39,160 nt of DNA from a virus (Duplodnaviria; Caudoviricetes): IMG/VR virus record IMGVR_UViG_3300020470_000058, positions 1-39,160 of that record; one strand, given 5' to 3'. Of this stretch, positions 24,421 to 34,752 are shown piece after piece; within the stretch, counting starts at the first letter, position 1, and every line of letters starts with the position of its first letter. The notes under the pieces are model-generated. The model saw only the letters and a list, made by a program, of their open reading frames with translations. It made no database searches and was not told the origin of the DNA. Made by a program: the position numbers and the translations under genes.

Positions 24421-27128
24421 TTCAACAAGACAGGAAGTCCAAACACTTGGCAAGGACCAGCACTACAACCCACTGCTAGGTAACCAGAGTTGACCACATA
24501 TGCTCCCATACCAGTGTTACATTGGTTAATAATAGCACCTTGTGGTACAAACTCAGCAATAACTCCAGTAGGTGCTGAGATAAAGGTAGCATGGAATGAA
24601 TTCTGTGAACCAGCAAGTATATCTGCCATACTGCTAGGTTTAGTCTGACCTACTGAGATTCTAATCTGTGTAGGTGGTGCTACTGCTGGGAATGGTAGGT
24701 CTGTAGTAATATCAATGATACAACCCTTAACGATACTAAACTGACCTGTTAAGGATGTAGCAGTCATATTAAACAGTGCTATAAACTCAAATCTACCTGA
24801 GTTTAAGAATGATGTTATCCAGTTGGCCTGTTGAATGATCTCACCATCAGCGATTTCTTCAATAGTATTACCCTCTATCTTGACGTTTTGAGAGTTAATC
24901 ATCACCGATTCAATACCAGCGATACTTGCTTTAGCTGATTGATGTTTCCATTCACCACCTACTGATATATCTCTATCACCTTCAAATCTTTCAGAAGATT
25001 TCTGCTCAGTACTATCCTTCAAGTTACCTGCTAACTGAGGACCATATTGTGTACGACCCCAGTGATCAGCACCAGGTGCGAAAGGAATCTTATCTACAGG
25101 ATAGAAACCACCAAGATTATTCTCTGCTAACTTCTTATTCCTTGTATCTGTATCACTATAAAAAGCAGTAGCAGTATCTGCCTGTATTGCTGCTTGGTTA
25201 GATGTTACCTCAGCAGATAATCTATCTTGAGTAACATTAGTATCTACTGACTCCATAGCATTACCAGTACCAGCAGTATCAGGTTGTCTAGAATCTCCTT
25301 CTGACTCTGCCTGTGGACCTTGAGAGTAGTGACCATTCCATGACCCTGCTACCTCTTGGTGCATGTTACCCATGACCTTAACATAGAAGTCACCCTCTAC
25401 TGTTAGACAGTAATTACCTTTAATATTCTCACACTTGTCCTTAGCAATGATCTTAGTCTCATTGTTTGGTATATTATAGTGTATGTTACCAAAAGCATCT
25501 TCAAAACTACTAACACCACCAGGACCAGAAATAACTCTCTTCTCTTTATCCTTTGTAGCATCATTTATAATTCTAGCACCATTCAAATGAGTGCTAACCT
25601 GCATTAAGTATGGATTACAATCTTGGAACATCTTATCGATGTAACTACCCATACCAGCAGACTGACTTGCCATATTAACAGTAGATGTACCCTCACTATA
25701 AAGGTCATCAACATTCTCATATGGTGTGCCTTTAATAGCATCATCTATGTTGTCACATTCCGTGGATCCTATCAGTGGGAACCACGACTTCGACTTCGGA
25801 CGTTTTATCTTCCTGTTACAACTCTTCTTAAATAGTGCTCCTAGAATAGCAAGAAGGATCTGGATTAAACTACCCCAGTCTAGTGAAGTGAAATCAAATT
25901 CAAATATAGATTGTACTGTCTCTCCTAACTTTGCTGCTCCTGCTACCATACCTTTAGCAGTATTAACAGCACTTATAACATCACCTGCTACGTCTCTTAC
26001 ACGATTCATTGCAGAGGTGATACCCTCAAGGATACGGTTGCTTAAACCTTTAACAGCAGAGTCAATCTTACCAGCGATCTTACTACTAGCTATCTTATCT
26101 ACCGCCAGGCTCGCCATTTGGTTAGCAAAGTTTGCTGTGTCACTCAGTGCTCCCTTCACCAGTCCTAACCACATTGGTTTCTTAGCACAGAATAATGCAA
26201 AGATCTGATCTAAGAATGTCATCAACATGTTGACGACTGCTATTGGTACAAACTGAGATACAATCTTAACAAGCATCGCTACAACCTCAGCGATTAACTT
26301 CGCTAACATCTCCTTCAGAGGTGCAAGAATACCAGCAATACCACCAGACAGGAAGTTCATTGTCTTACCAAGGTGCTCTCTCACCTTGTCTCCTGCCATC
26401 TTATTACCAGTGATAACAGAAACAAATCCACCAGGACCTGAGGACATTGCAGATGCCATCTCACCCAATTCAGTGAGCATCCTAGTCATATCCTTAGCGA
26501 ATCCAGCACCAGCAGGACCAGCAACACCATCAGCAATAGACTGAGAATTAATAGGTGGTTTGATTGGATTAGTTACTGTATTACCATTAACAACCTGCTC
26601 TGCTGTATTAATACCACCACCTCTTGCCTCCTCAATAGCACCATCAGGTGTTGCTGGAGTGACACTCTGTACCTTAGGGAATGGGTTTCCATCCTCAGCA
26701 TGAGCACCACCAAGACCTTGTTTGTGTGGTGTATTAGTTTCTAATTCAATAGCAACTTTAGGATCAGCAATAGTTGTCTTAGCGTCTGCCTTCTTCTGTT
26801 GGAATCCTCTGAATGCTCCTAGTACACAAGGTAACTGTGCTTCTTCCCCATCAAGGAAGAAACCTAATACCCATGCTCCTGGTTGTAATTCTGTTGTGGT
26901 ACCACTCGACTTAGTTTGTGGTTGGTCACAAGGTAATAATACTGTTGCCCAGGGGAGTATCTCCATTGGGACTTCTTTTAAATATGCCTGTCCATCATTG
27001 TTACCAGTATACCAACCAAGTATACGTACCTTAACACGACCAATCTGAGAGGGGTCACGAACATCCTCAATCTCCCCTACCCACCAGGTATACCCATCTC
27101 TTCCAAGATAATCAGTACGTGTTGCCAT
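24417..27128 (-). CDS. gp5: baseplate hub / central spike protein
   Basis: OB-fold WWVGEIEDVRDP...GRVKVRILG...LPWA...VLGFFLDG..AQ.P.VLG; beta-helix repeats ENIKGNYCLTVEGDFYVKVMGN; GATAAATA late box at 27147-27154. Confidence 0.9.
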   Translation of the reverse strand: MATRTDYLGRDGYTWWVGEIEDVRDPSQIGRVKVRILGWYTGNNDGQAYLKEVPMEILPWATVLLPCDQPQTKSSGTTTELQPGAWVLGFFLDGEEAQLPCVLGAFRGFQQKKADAKTTIADPKVAIELETNTPHKQGLGGAHAEDGNPFPKVQSVTPATPDGAIEEARGGGINTAEQVVNGNTVTNPIKPPINSQSIADGVAGPAGAGFAKDMTRMLTELGEMASAMSSGPGGFVSVITGNKMAGDKVREHLGKTMNFLSGGIAGILAPLKEMLAKLIAEVVAMLVKIVSQFVPIAVVNMLMTFLDQIFALFCAKKPMWLGLVKGALSDTANFANQMASLAVDKIASSKIAGKIDSAVKGLSNRILEGITSAMNRVRDVAGDVISAVNTAKGMVAGAAKLGETVQSIFEFDFTSLDWGSLIQILLAILGALFKKSCNRKIKRPKSKSWFPLIGSTECDNIDDAIKGTPYENVDDLYSEGTSTVNMASQSAGMGSYIDKMFQDCNPYLMQVSTHLNGARIINDATKDKEKRVISGPGGVSSFEDAFGNIHYNIPNNETKIIAKDKCENIKGNYCLTVEGDFYVKVMGNMHQEVAGSWNGHYSQGPQAESEGDSRQPDTAGTGNAMESVDTNVTQDRLSAEVTSNQAAIQADTATAFYSDTDTRNKKLAENNLGGFYPVDKIPFAPGADHWGRTQYGPQLAGNLKDSTEQKSSERFEGDRDISVGGEWKHQSAKASIAGIESVMINSQNVKIEGNTIEEIADGEIIQQANWITSFLNSGRFEFIALFNMTATSLTGQFSIVKGCIIDITTDLPFPAVAPPTQIRISVGQTKPSSMADILAGSQNSFHATFISAPTGVIAEFVPQGAIINQCNTGMGAYVVNSGYLAVGCSAGPCQVFGLPVLLN

Positions 27129-27145
27129 TTATATAATTGTTTCTT

Positions 27146-27607
27146 TTATTTATCAAGTCTTTTAAAGAGAAATTCTCCTTCCGATTCTTCTTTACCCCAT
27201 CGGAATTTTCCTGTCTCTAAATCATATCCAGTATCAATAGCACGATACTCTTTACCATTGAATCTTATCTTGGAGACCATCCTCGTGTTGCCTTGGATGC
27301 ATTCTCCATCAGGATTCCCATTCCACCAAACTCCATCCCAGTTCCAAATGAAAGGACAGGAAGGAGTATTAGTGAGCAGATTAGTAGTTTTAGCATAGAT
27401 GATGTTTTCATCCATCTGCTCGTAATCATACTGTATATAGTTATATGGATTCTCTTCCCCTTTATACTTGTACCACGATTTAGTGGTAATCATGTGATCG
27501 CACTTCTGACATTTTTCTATGCGAATGTCAATCTGAGGCCACGTACTTGGATTAGAAAATGCTTGATCTCTATTCCTGTAGTGACCTACTACATCATCAA
27601 ATTTCAT
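27146..27607 (-). CDS. cpeT: T-type phycobiliprotein lyase
   Basis: GHYRNRDQAFSNPSTWP, SWYKYKGEENPY, C-terminal DTGYD...WG...G.F.F.R; the compact size matches phage CpeT. Confidence 0.88.
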   Translation of the reverse strand: MKFDDVVGHYRNRDQAFSNPSTWPQIDIRIEKCQKCDHMITTKSWYKYKGEENPYNYIQYDYEQMDENIIYAKTTNLLTNTPSCPFIWNWDGVWWNGNPDGECIQGNTRMVSKIRFNGKEYRAIDTGYDLETGKFRWGKEESEGEFLFKRLDK

Positions 27608-27847
27608 TTAATCGTCGTATACTAGACACTCAGGTTCATCTGGGTGCATTTCGCAAAATAATTCGATTGCATTTGGATCATGGTGATCACCTGCTGCTAT
27701 CTCTGCTGCATGGTGCTCTGCGTACACCTCTAGTTCGTGCAACTCCTCTTTGAAGTGACGACGTGCAGCAGGATTCGTTTGAGGATCATCAAGAAGATCT
27801 CTATCTCTTTGAATATGCTGTTCTATGGTTTGCATTTGACTTTCCAT
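27608..27847 (-). CDS. cp12: Calvin-cycle inhibitor CP12
   Basis: C-terminal ELFCEMHPDEPECLVYDD (Cx8C); no N-terminal Cys pair, as in marine picocyanobacterial/phage CP12; GATAAATA box at 27860-27867. Confidence 0.95.
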   Translation of the reverse strand: MESQMQTIEQHIQRDRDLLDDPQTNPAARRHFKEELHELEVYAEHHAAEIAAGDHHDPNAIELFCEMHPDEPECLVYDD

Positions 27848-27874
27848 AAGCTGTATAGTTATTTATCTACTTTC

Positions 27875-29380
27875 TTACACTTTTTCAGACTGTCTGGGTT
27901 GGGAATCCCTAACAAGGTATAGCTTTGTGGTGAATCCATCCTTCCTGTATACATGGGTCAGTCCTGCAATACAATACATTCCACTGAATCTAGTATCAGT
28001 CATTACAGTTTCACCTTCATTCCTTGCAGCAGGTATAATGATCTTAATCAAACCACCTGCTGTAAGAGAAGTATTACCTGGTATCGTTATATCCAACTTA
28101 ATAGACTTGAATAGATTATACCTCGCTGATGCATATTGTGCAACTGCCATTGTGTCGATATTCGGATTTGTACCATTGTTAGTATTAGTAGTAGAAGTTT
28201 GATTCTTCAGTGCTGGCAATGGTCTGATCTTCATACGAGTAGGTTGTGCCTTATCAAGATCAAAGAATTCTGGTATCTCATATGGTCTTGCCTTTTCTAT
28301 TGTATCTGCCTTTCCAAATACATCATTGAATGTCAATATCCTAGGTGGTTGTATCACACCACCTGGTGTTGAAGATAATCCTGTACCAGATACCACACCA
28401 CCTTCTGATGTAACTTCATCTACATTCTCATCTTTATTACCAGAGTCAGGTGCATAACTATCTGCTGCTGCGGATATCTGCACACCTATAGCAGCAGTTT
28501 TATAGGTACCCATTCTCATATTAGTGAGATGATTTGCTTTATCAGGATATGTAATACTCTCAATAGCAAACCTAGCATCTACTCCATCCAAAGATTTAAT
28601 AGTATACTCATACTGATAGATGTTATCTGTTACAGCTTGTCCTTGAGCAATACTATCGATAGATCTAAAGTTAAACCCATTCCTATTCTCCCAGAATAAA
28701 AATCCACCTTGCTTATTACCACCCTTACTCTTAGTGAGTCTAGTTACCTTATCAGATATGAATGCTATAGCATCACTAGGTTTCCAACTACATGCCACAA
28801 AGGTATACTTTGAATGATTCTCAAAATTAGCTGCCTTTAACTTATTCTTCTTACCCTTTCTCTTAAGATACTTTTCACATATCATTCTGGGTATACAATC
28901 AGCATCCAATGCTCCTTGACCAGGACCAAATGCTTTAAAAACTTTATTACTTTCATCATTGTACATCTCAGGTGATACACAATGTAAAATATATAATTGT
29001 CCTCTCTCACTCTTAGATATAGAACCTATCTTATAAATTAAGAGGTCAACTTCCAATGGTATTTTATCAACTGATGTAGCAGTAGTAGCTTTAATAGTAA
29101 CTGTCTCACCACCCTGTAGTAATCTATTAAAATCTAATGTATCTAATATACTAAACTCACATCTAAGAAATGATGACTCAATGGATTCATGATATGCAAA
29201 ATCTATTACTAACTCTCTTATATCATACTTCTTACCATTGATCATCTCGATCTCTAACTTATCAAGAACATACTCACGTGGCTTGTCAGCAGCATACATC
29301 TCACCTCTGTTCTGACTCTGACCATATTGTATTTTTCTCCAACTATCATCGATAGCAGATATTAACTCAGCAAATGGCAT
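27875..29380 (-). CDS. baseplate hub protein (gp27/GpD-like)
   Basis: YHESIESSFL...ILD, FLFWENRNGFNFRSIDS, ITIPGNTSLTAG...FSGMYCIAGLTH...T.L.LVRD. Confidence 0.75.
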   Translation of the reverse strand: MPFAELISAIDDSWRKIQYGQSQNRGEMYAADKPREYVLDKLEIEMINGKKYDIRELVIDFAYHESIESSFLRCEFSILDTLDFNRLLQGGETVTIKATTATSVDKIPLEVDLLIYKIGSISKSERGQLYILHCVSPEMYNDESNKVFKAFGPGQGALDADCIPRMICEKYLKRKGKKNKLKAANFENHSKYTFVACSWKPSDAIAFISDKVTRLTKSKGGNKQGGFLFWENRNGFNFRSIDSIAQGQAVTDNIYQYEYTIKSLDGVDARFAIESITYPDKANHLTNMRMGTYKTAAIGVQISAAADSYAPDSGNKDENVDEVTSEGGVVSGTGLSSTPGGVIQPPRILTFNDVFGKADTIEKARPYEIPEFFDLDKAQPTRMKIRPLPALKNQTSTTNTNNGTNPNIDTMAVAQYASARYNLFKSIKLDITIPGNTSLTAGGLIKIIIPAARNEGETVMTDTRFSGMYCIAGLTHVYRKDGFTTKLYLVRDSQPRQSEKV

Positions 29381-31573
29381 TTACATAAACTCCACAGGAT
29401 CAGTTAAAAACTCAGCAATCAAACCATACTTAGGTTTAATATACTTATCAGCATCTAATTCCTTCTCACCAGGAATAAGAATTGGCATATCATCACCTTC
29501 CTCTCCAACAACTACTGCTGGGTTTGAATCATTAATCTGAGTTACAGATGGTTGTGATAACTTCTCTGCCTTATTAGATGTCATCTGTTGCTTGACATTC
29601 TCAATGATTTCACCTGCCTTCTGCAACTGACCAGATGCTTGATAGATTGAATGTCCTTTTTTATCAAAATCCCAGAAACCACCAGTCATTTGATCAGCAG
29701 CACCTGCTAACCATCTCTTCCATCCTTTTAATTCTCCACCACCAGCAAATCCCCTAGGTAATGAGTATCCACCTCTGGCAGCTTCACCCAATCTCCTATT
29801 GGTGAGACCTCTGTCAGTTCTAGTTGCAGGAGTATCAAATGGTACCACAAATGCTTTACCACCTGCTTTCCTACCTACCCACTCAGTGCCATGCCCAATA
29901 AACGATGGTTTCCTACCATCTAATGATACTTTATATCCTGACTGTGGACCTTTAATCCAACCACCTCTTGACTTCTCTTCTGTTGGTTGCTGTCCAGCAG
30001 ATTGCTCTTCGTACATCTGCTGTACGTTTGGTGGATACCTCTTGAAATTACTCTCATCCATCTGACGAGCCATTCCAATGATCGCCAACTGTTCCTTGGT
30101 GAGTTTTTCACCTACAGGCATACCAGCAATCAATAGAGTCTTCGTCTCATTACCACCACTAGGAGTTTCAACTGCGTCTTCTGGTACTTCTACAGTCTTC
30201 TCTTCACCTTTACCTTCACCACCTGTGAATAATTTTAATACCGCAGTTAATGCTTTAATACCTAAGAATAAGGGAGCAAATACAATCTGAATACCAGTAC
30301 TGATTATCTTAGTAATCATAGGTAGATGAGGTTCTACCACTTTCAGTATCTTACTCATGAATGCACCAAGAGCACTAAAGAATTGCTCTAATGGTTCTTT
30401 AATATCCTTTAATACATCATTGAATACCTTACTAACCATACCAAACCATTCTTTAAATGGTTCAACAATAGGTTCAATCAATCCTCCTATTGCCTTACCG
30501 ACAGCACCACCTGCCATGCTACCGACCATACCACCGACAGCACCCATACCTGGAATACCAGTAGCAGCACCTAGTTTGGCACCAAGCATCTGACCACCAG
30601 CAGCACCAACACCTGCACCTGCTGCCTCAGCACCTGATCCACCTCCAGCTAATACTGCTGTAGCTGCTGTAGCACCAGCACCCAGACCCATAGCAATTTT
30701 ACCTGTCTTGCTCTGGAAGAAATTACCTCCCTTCCCTAACTTCTTCAGTTTAAATTGTTTAAATTTATCTGCCTTACTATTCAATCCAAACAGTCGTTTA
30801 ATAGACTGTATTATTCCACCAACTACCTTACCAATAATTTTAATAGCACCAACAGGATTCTTTAATATCGCAAACCCTGCAAATAATGGTACAGCACCAA
30901 TTAGAAACTTGAATATACCAAAGACTCCTTTGAGACTTATAGGATTCTCAAGAAAATCTACCAGACCACTTAACGATATTCCTGCCAGAAATCCAACAGT
31001 CTTAAATATAAACTTACCTATAGCACCTAATGTCTTAACAAGTTTCTCTACTGCCTCTGGATTCTTTCGTACCCAATCCAATATAGCAATACTAATTAAA
31101 CTGCCTACCAGTTTACCTAACCATTTCAAGAAACCTTCACTCTGTTTAGCAACTGCTGCTACAACAGGATTCTTAACTACCTTCTTCTTTTTAGGATCTT
31201 TAGTGCTCTTCTCTCTTGCTAGTAATGCTCTCCTATCTTTCTCTTCCTTCTCTTTCTTACGATCTCTCTTTTCCTGTAACTTCTTATTCTTTGCCTTTAA
31301 CTTCTCTACCCTATTAGCATCCTTTATCTGTGTTGTAATACTGTCTTGCCACGTGGTAAGTAGACCCTGAGTATTCAAGGCAATACTATTAAGAGTAGCA
31401 CCAAGTGAGTTTAGACCAGCAATTACAGAACTGAATCCTGTACCAATACTCTTCTCATGCTCACGCAATCTCTTCGCAGCAGTTAGAGGAGTATAACTCT
31501 TGGCACCAGTAGTACCCTTATAAGAGATCATCTTATAAAGTGCTGGTTTCTTTATGTCTGCCTTTACTGCCAT
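29381..31573 (-). CDS. tape-measure / gp29-like protein 2
   Basis: Charged coiled coil, amphipathic helices, Gly/Ala zipper, GGWIKGPQSGY...HGTE.V motif; located between gp51 and the hub gene. Confidence 0.6.
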   Translation of the reverse strand: MAVKADIKKPALYKMISYKGTTGAKSYTPLTAAKRLREHEKSIGTGFSSVIAGLNSLGATLNSIALNTQGLLTTWQDSITTQIKDANRVEKLKAKNKKLQEKRDRKKEKEEKDRRALLAREKSTKDPKKKKVVKNPVVAAVAKQSEGFLKWLGKLVGSLISIAILDWVRKNPEAVEKLVKTLGAIGKFIFKTVGFLAGISLSGLVDFLENPISLKGVFGIFKFLIGAVPLFAGFAILKNPVGAIKIIGKVVGGIIQSIKRLFGLNSKADKFKQFKLKKLGKGGNFFQSKTGKIAMGLGAGATAATAVLAGGGSGAEAAGAGVGAAGGQMLGAKLGAATGIPGMGAVGGMVGSMAGGAVGKAIGGLIEPIVEPFKEWFGMVSKVFNDVLKDIKEPLEQFFSALGAFMSKILKVVEPHLPMITKIISTGIQIVFAPLFLGIKALTAVLKLFTGGEGKGEEKTVEVPEDAVETPSGGNETKTLLIAGMPVGEKLTKEQLAIIGMARQMDESNFKRYPPNVQQMYEEQSAGQQPTEEKSRGGWIKGPQSGYKVSLDGRKPSFIGHGTEWVGRKAGGKAFVVPFDTPATRTDRGLTNRRLGEAARGGYSLPRGFAGGGELKGWKRWLAGAADQMTGGFWDFDKKGHSIYQASGQLQKAGEIIENVKQQMTSNKAEKLSQPSVTQINDSNPAVVVGEEGDDMPILIPGEKELDADKYIKPKYGLIAEFLTDPVEFM

Positions 31574-31576
31574 CTA

Positions 31577-33826
31577 TTAACAGGTAAACATTGGTGATGG
31601 AGAAGCGACTACAGGTATAATGTGTCCACTACTCTTAGTATTTATTACAGGAGTTGTAACTTGTTTAGTAATAACAATGGGTGCTTGCATCATCATCTCT
31701 GCATCATTATCTCTCTGATTCTTATATTTGAATTGATCATGCATTGCATCTCTCTTCTCAGTCATTTCAAATATCTGACTATCACTTAATGTGCCTGATC
31801 TAAATTCACCACCCTCTGAGAAAGACTCATCGTACCAACTCCATCCCTTACCCTTACCAAACTTCGCTTCCATCTTCTTGACATCAAGAGCAATAGCAGC
31901 ATCCATCTTCTTATAAGTTGCCTTCTGAGCATCACTTTCCATAAGGATAGGAAATAATACCTCTGGTGGTAAACCTGTCTTCCTGTTTATAATATCTGCT
32001 ATCTTAAATGCCTTTAATAGAGGATGAGATAATAATTGTTCCTTATGATCTATTAAATCTTGTACCTCAATAGATCCACCCAACTCAGTAAAGTCTTTAG
32101 ATTGTTCTATTAATTGATCACCTTTTACTACTGTCTTACTGGTAAACTTCTGGTAATTATAGACATATTGATCTGGGGTTATCTGCCCCATTCTATATCC
32201 CATAGTATACTTACCACCTTCAGCATAACCAGATAAGAATGCTGCCTGTAAAGCACCACCCTTAGACATCTCCTCTAATTGTACATCCTTACCAGGATCC
32301 TTACCCCTTATAATTTTCCATGCGAATCCTATGGGATTAACCATAAACGCAAATATATTTTTAGCAGCACTAATAATAAAACTTATACTCTTACCAATAA
32401 GTTTAATTGCACCACCTAATAACCATGTCAGAGGTTTCATTATCCATCCAAGGATATCAAACATGACCTTACCTACTTGTCCTAGGAACTTGAAGAATGT
32501 ACCAAGGAACTCTGTAATACCAGTCTCATCAGCAACACCTTTGATGATTGTCCACCACATCTGGAATGCTTTCTGAATAGGTTCAAATAGTGGTTTAATC
32601 ATTGGTAAGAATGTCTTACCTACCCACTCACCTAAGAAACTACCAATAGCATTACCTACTATAGGTGCAAATGGACCTAGGAATGGACCTAATAATGCAG
32701 TACCAGCAGCAGCACCTAACATACCACCTGCTGCTTGACCAAGACCTGCACCGACTGCTTCAGTCTTATCCTCACCCATTGCAATACCCGATGCCATACG
32801 AGTAAGACCACCTGCTATGGCAAGTCCTCCCTGTGCACCAGGTTTCATCAACTTACCACCAACATTCTTACCCTGTTGTAGTCTAGTAGGATTATTATTT
32901 CTACTATTAAACTTAGCACCAAGTTGCTTTGCTTGTTGATCTCTACCCTGTTTTCTTAACTTCTTCTGCTGTCTCTCTACTGACTTCTTCTGTGCTTTAT
33001 ATTCCTTCTCTGTATAGATTGCACCTGTTTCTCTATCCTTATAACCAAACTTACGCCACTGCTCATTCTTTTTAAACTCTACTTCCTTCTCTGCATTACT
33101 ATTGAAGAGAGTAGTTAATTTCTTTGCATCAGATACTGCCTTAAGAGGATTTAAAAGATATTGAAGAGTTTTAAAACCTGCAAATAACTGTAAAGCACCA
33201 AATACAAATTTGAATCCTTTCTTAATAGGACTAGTACTTCCTCCATCAAAGACACCAAATACCTTGGTGAGTCCTGCCATTATAAGACCCACACCAAACT
33301 TACCTATTTTCCAGGCAAATTTAGCAATAGCACCTATAAGTTTGAATACCTTCTCTGCTTTCTTAGCATTCTCTGGATCGGACATCCATTTAAGGACACC
33401 CATAGTAACAACCCATTTAAAAATAGGTGTTAAGAAACCACCTAGTAGTTCAAGACCACTCTTAACAGTCTCCTTTGTCTTCTGACCAAAGTTACCACCT
33501 TCTTCTTCTATCTTATCTAATTCTTCATCCTCAGTACTTTCCTCTCTCTTCTGGAGACGGAACATATCTCGGAATCCCTTAAACCACCGTTTAAATCCTT
33601 GAAACGATTCCTTCTCATCATCCTTCTCATCATCCTCTTCCTTCTCTGCCTTATCTCTTAACCAATCTTTCTCAAATTGAATTAGTTTATGAGTCTCTAC
33701 TAGATTATTACCAATATTTTCAGTTACAGAACCTGTACGATTGATACCCTTACGGACCTCATTGAAATTTGCTCCAAAGGCACCATCGTCTTTTATAGGT
33801 TTAATTTTAACGTAACTTCTAATCAT
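31577..33826 (-). CDS. tape-measure / gp29-like protein 1
   Basis: Same architecture as the neighbour (coiled coil, hydrophobic helices, EAVGAGLGQAAGGMLGA zipper); TAATG-coupled to gp51. Confidence 0.6.
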   Translation of the reverse strand: MIRSYVKIKPIKDDGAFGANFNEVRKGINRTGSVTENIGNNLVETHKLIQFEKDWLRDKAEKEEDDEKDDEKESFQGFKRWFKGFRDMFRLQKREESTEDEELDKIEEEGGNFGQKTKETVKSGLELLGGFLTPIFKWVVTMGVLKWMSDPENAKKAEKVFKLIGAIAKFAWKIGKFGVGLIMAGLTKVFGVFDGGSTSPIKKGFKFVFGALQLFAGFKTLQYLLNPLKAVSDAKKLTTLFNSNAEKEVEFKKNEQWRKFGYKDRETGAIYTEKEYKAQKKSVERQQKKLRKQGRDQQAKQLGAKFNSRNNNPTRLQQGKNVGGKLMKPGAQGGLAIAGGLTRMASGIAMGEDKTEAVGAGLGQAAGGMLGAAAGTALLGPFLGPFAPIVGNAIGSFLGEWVGKTFLPMIKPLFEPIQKAFQMWWTIIKGVADETGITEFLGTFFKFLGQVGKVMFDILGWIMKPLTWLLGGAIKLIGKSISFIISAAKNIFAFMVNPIGFAWKIIRGKDPGKDVQLEEMSKGGALQAAFLSGYAEGGKYTMGYRMGQITPDQYVYNYQKFTSKTVVKGDQLIEQSKDFTELGGSIEVQDLIDHKEQLLSHPLLKAFKIADIINRKTGLPPEVLFPILMESDAQKATYKKMDAAIALDVKKMEAKFGKGKGWSWYDESFSEGGEFRSGTLSDSQIFEMTEKRDAMHDQFKYKNQRDNDAEMMMQAPIVITKQVTTPVINTKSSGHIIPVVASPSPMFTC

Positions 33827-34017
33827 TAGAGTGATACTCTACCTGCTTGTTCGTCTGCCTTCTGTCTCCTCTCTTCCTCTTGAATATGAGCAATAAGAAG
33901 GTTCACATACACATCACGTTCCCACGGTATCATGTTCTCCAATTCAGTAAGACTATATTTGTGATGTTGCATTAATGCGAAGTTTGTCTTGTAGTAATTC
34001 TCAAGACTGTCATGCAT
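33826..34017 (-). CDS. gp51: baseplate hub assembly catalyst
   Basis: LENYYKTNFALMQHHKYSLTELENMIPWERDVYV signature; directly after gp26. Confidence 0.92.
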   Translation of the reverse strand: MHDSLENYYKTNFALMQHHKYSLTELENMIPWERDVYVNLLIAHIQEEERRQKADEQAGRVSL

Positions 34018-34022
34018 TAACG

Positions 34023-34727
34023 CTACTCGAAAAAAGCCGCTAGACCCTCCAGTTCCAAATCACTCTTAACTTTAGTCTCAGGATTAAAAACTTCTAGTGT
34101 ATAAGATAGTTTAGGCATTGTCTCAAAGAAATGCTGAATCTTAGCAAATTGCTCTGCATTCAAATCTTCAAGGAATTCAAGTGCTTCTTTCTTACTAAAA
34201 GTATCATAAACCTCATCTGAGGTATATACCTGATCAATACATCCAGCAGCTAACTCAAAGATATCATCAATATTAGGATTCTCAGATAGGTTTTGCTGAA
34301 TGAATACATCCAATGATGGATACTTCATCTTAATACCCACTTCCTGATCTAACTGTATTTTAGAGTCATGATCATCTGGGACTTTACAACCTACATCTGC
34401 AAGAGGTATGGTAACAGTAACTTGTGTTTTCTCATCATCTGGACATGTGACTTTAAATTCACTTGTCTCACCGACTGCAACAGATCTAATCTTAAGGAAA
34501 ATATATTCAATCTCGAAAGTAGCGAGATCCTCAACCTTAGTCTTTAAGTTTGTACAGTTTTTAATAATAGTCTTCACTGCTTTGACCATTTGCTTGTTGT
34601 CTTGCGACTCCATAGCAAGATAGAGTAGTTTCTCTTCCTTAACTAAGAATGGTCTATATGATATTTTTGTGCCTGTGACAGGCAAGGTCGCTTCATACTC
34701 AGGTATGGCTAACTTAGGTAATGGCAT
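34023..34727 (-). CDS. gp26: baseplate hub subunit
   Basis: MPLPKL..PEY...YRPFLVKEEKLL...FFETMPKL...LEGLAAFF; CTAAATA box at 34750-34756. Confidence 0.93.
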   Translation of the reverse strand: MPLPKLAIPEYEATLPVTGTKISYRPFLVKEEKLLYLAMESQDNKQMVKAVKTIIKNCTNLKTKVEDLATFEIEYIFLKIRSVAVGETSEFKVTCPDDEKTQVTVTIPLADVGCKVPDDHDSKIQLDQEVGIKMKYPSLDVFIQQNLSENPNIDDIFELAAGCIDQVYTSDEVYDTFSKKEALEFLEDLNAEQFAKIQHFFETMPKLSYTLEVFNPETKVKSDLELEGLAAFFE

Positions 34728-34752
34728 AACGATTGCATTATTATAGTTCTAT

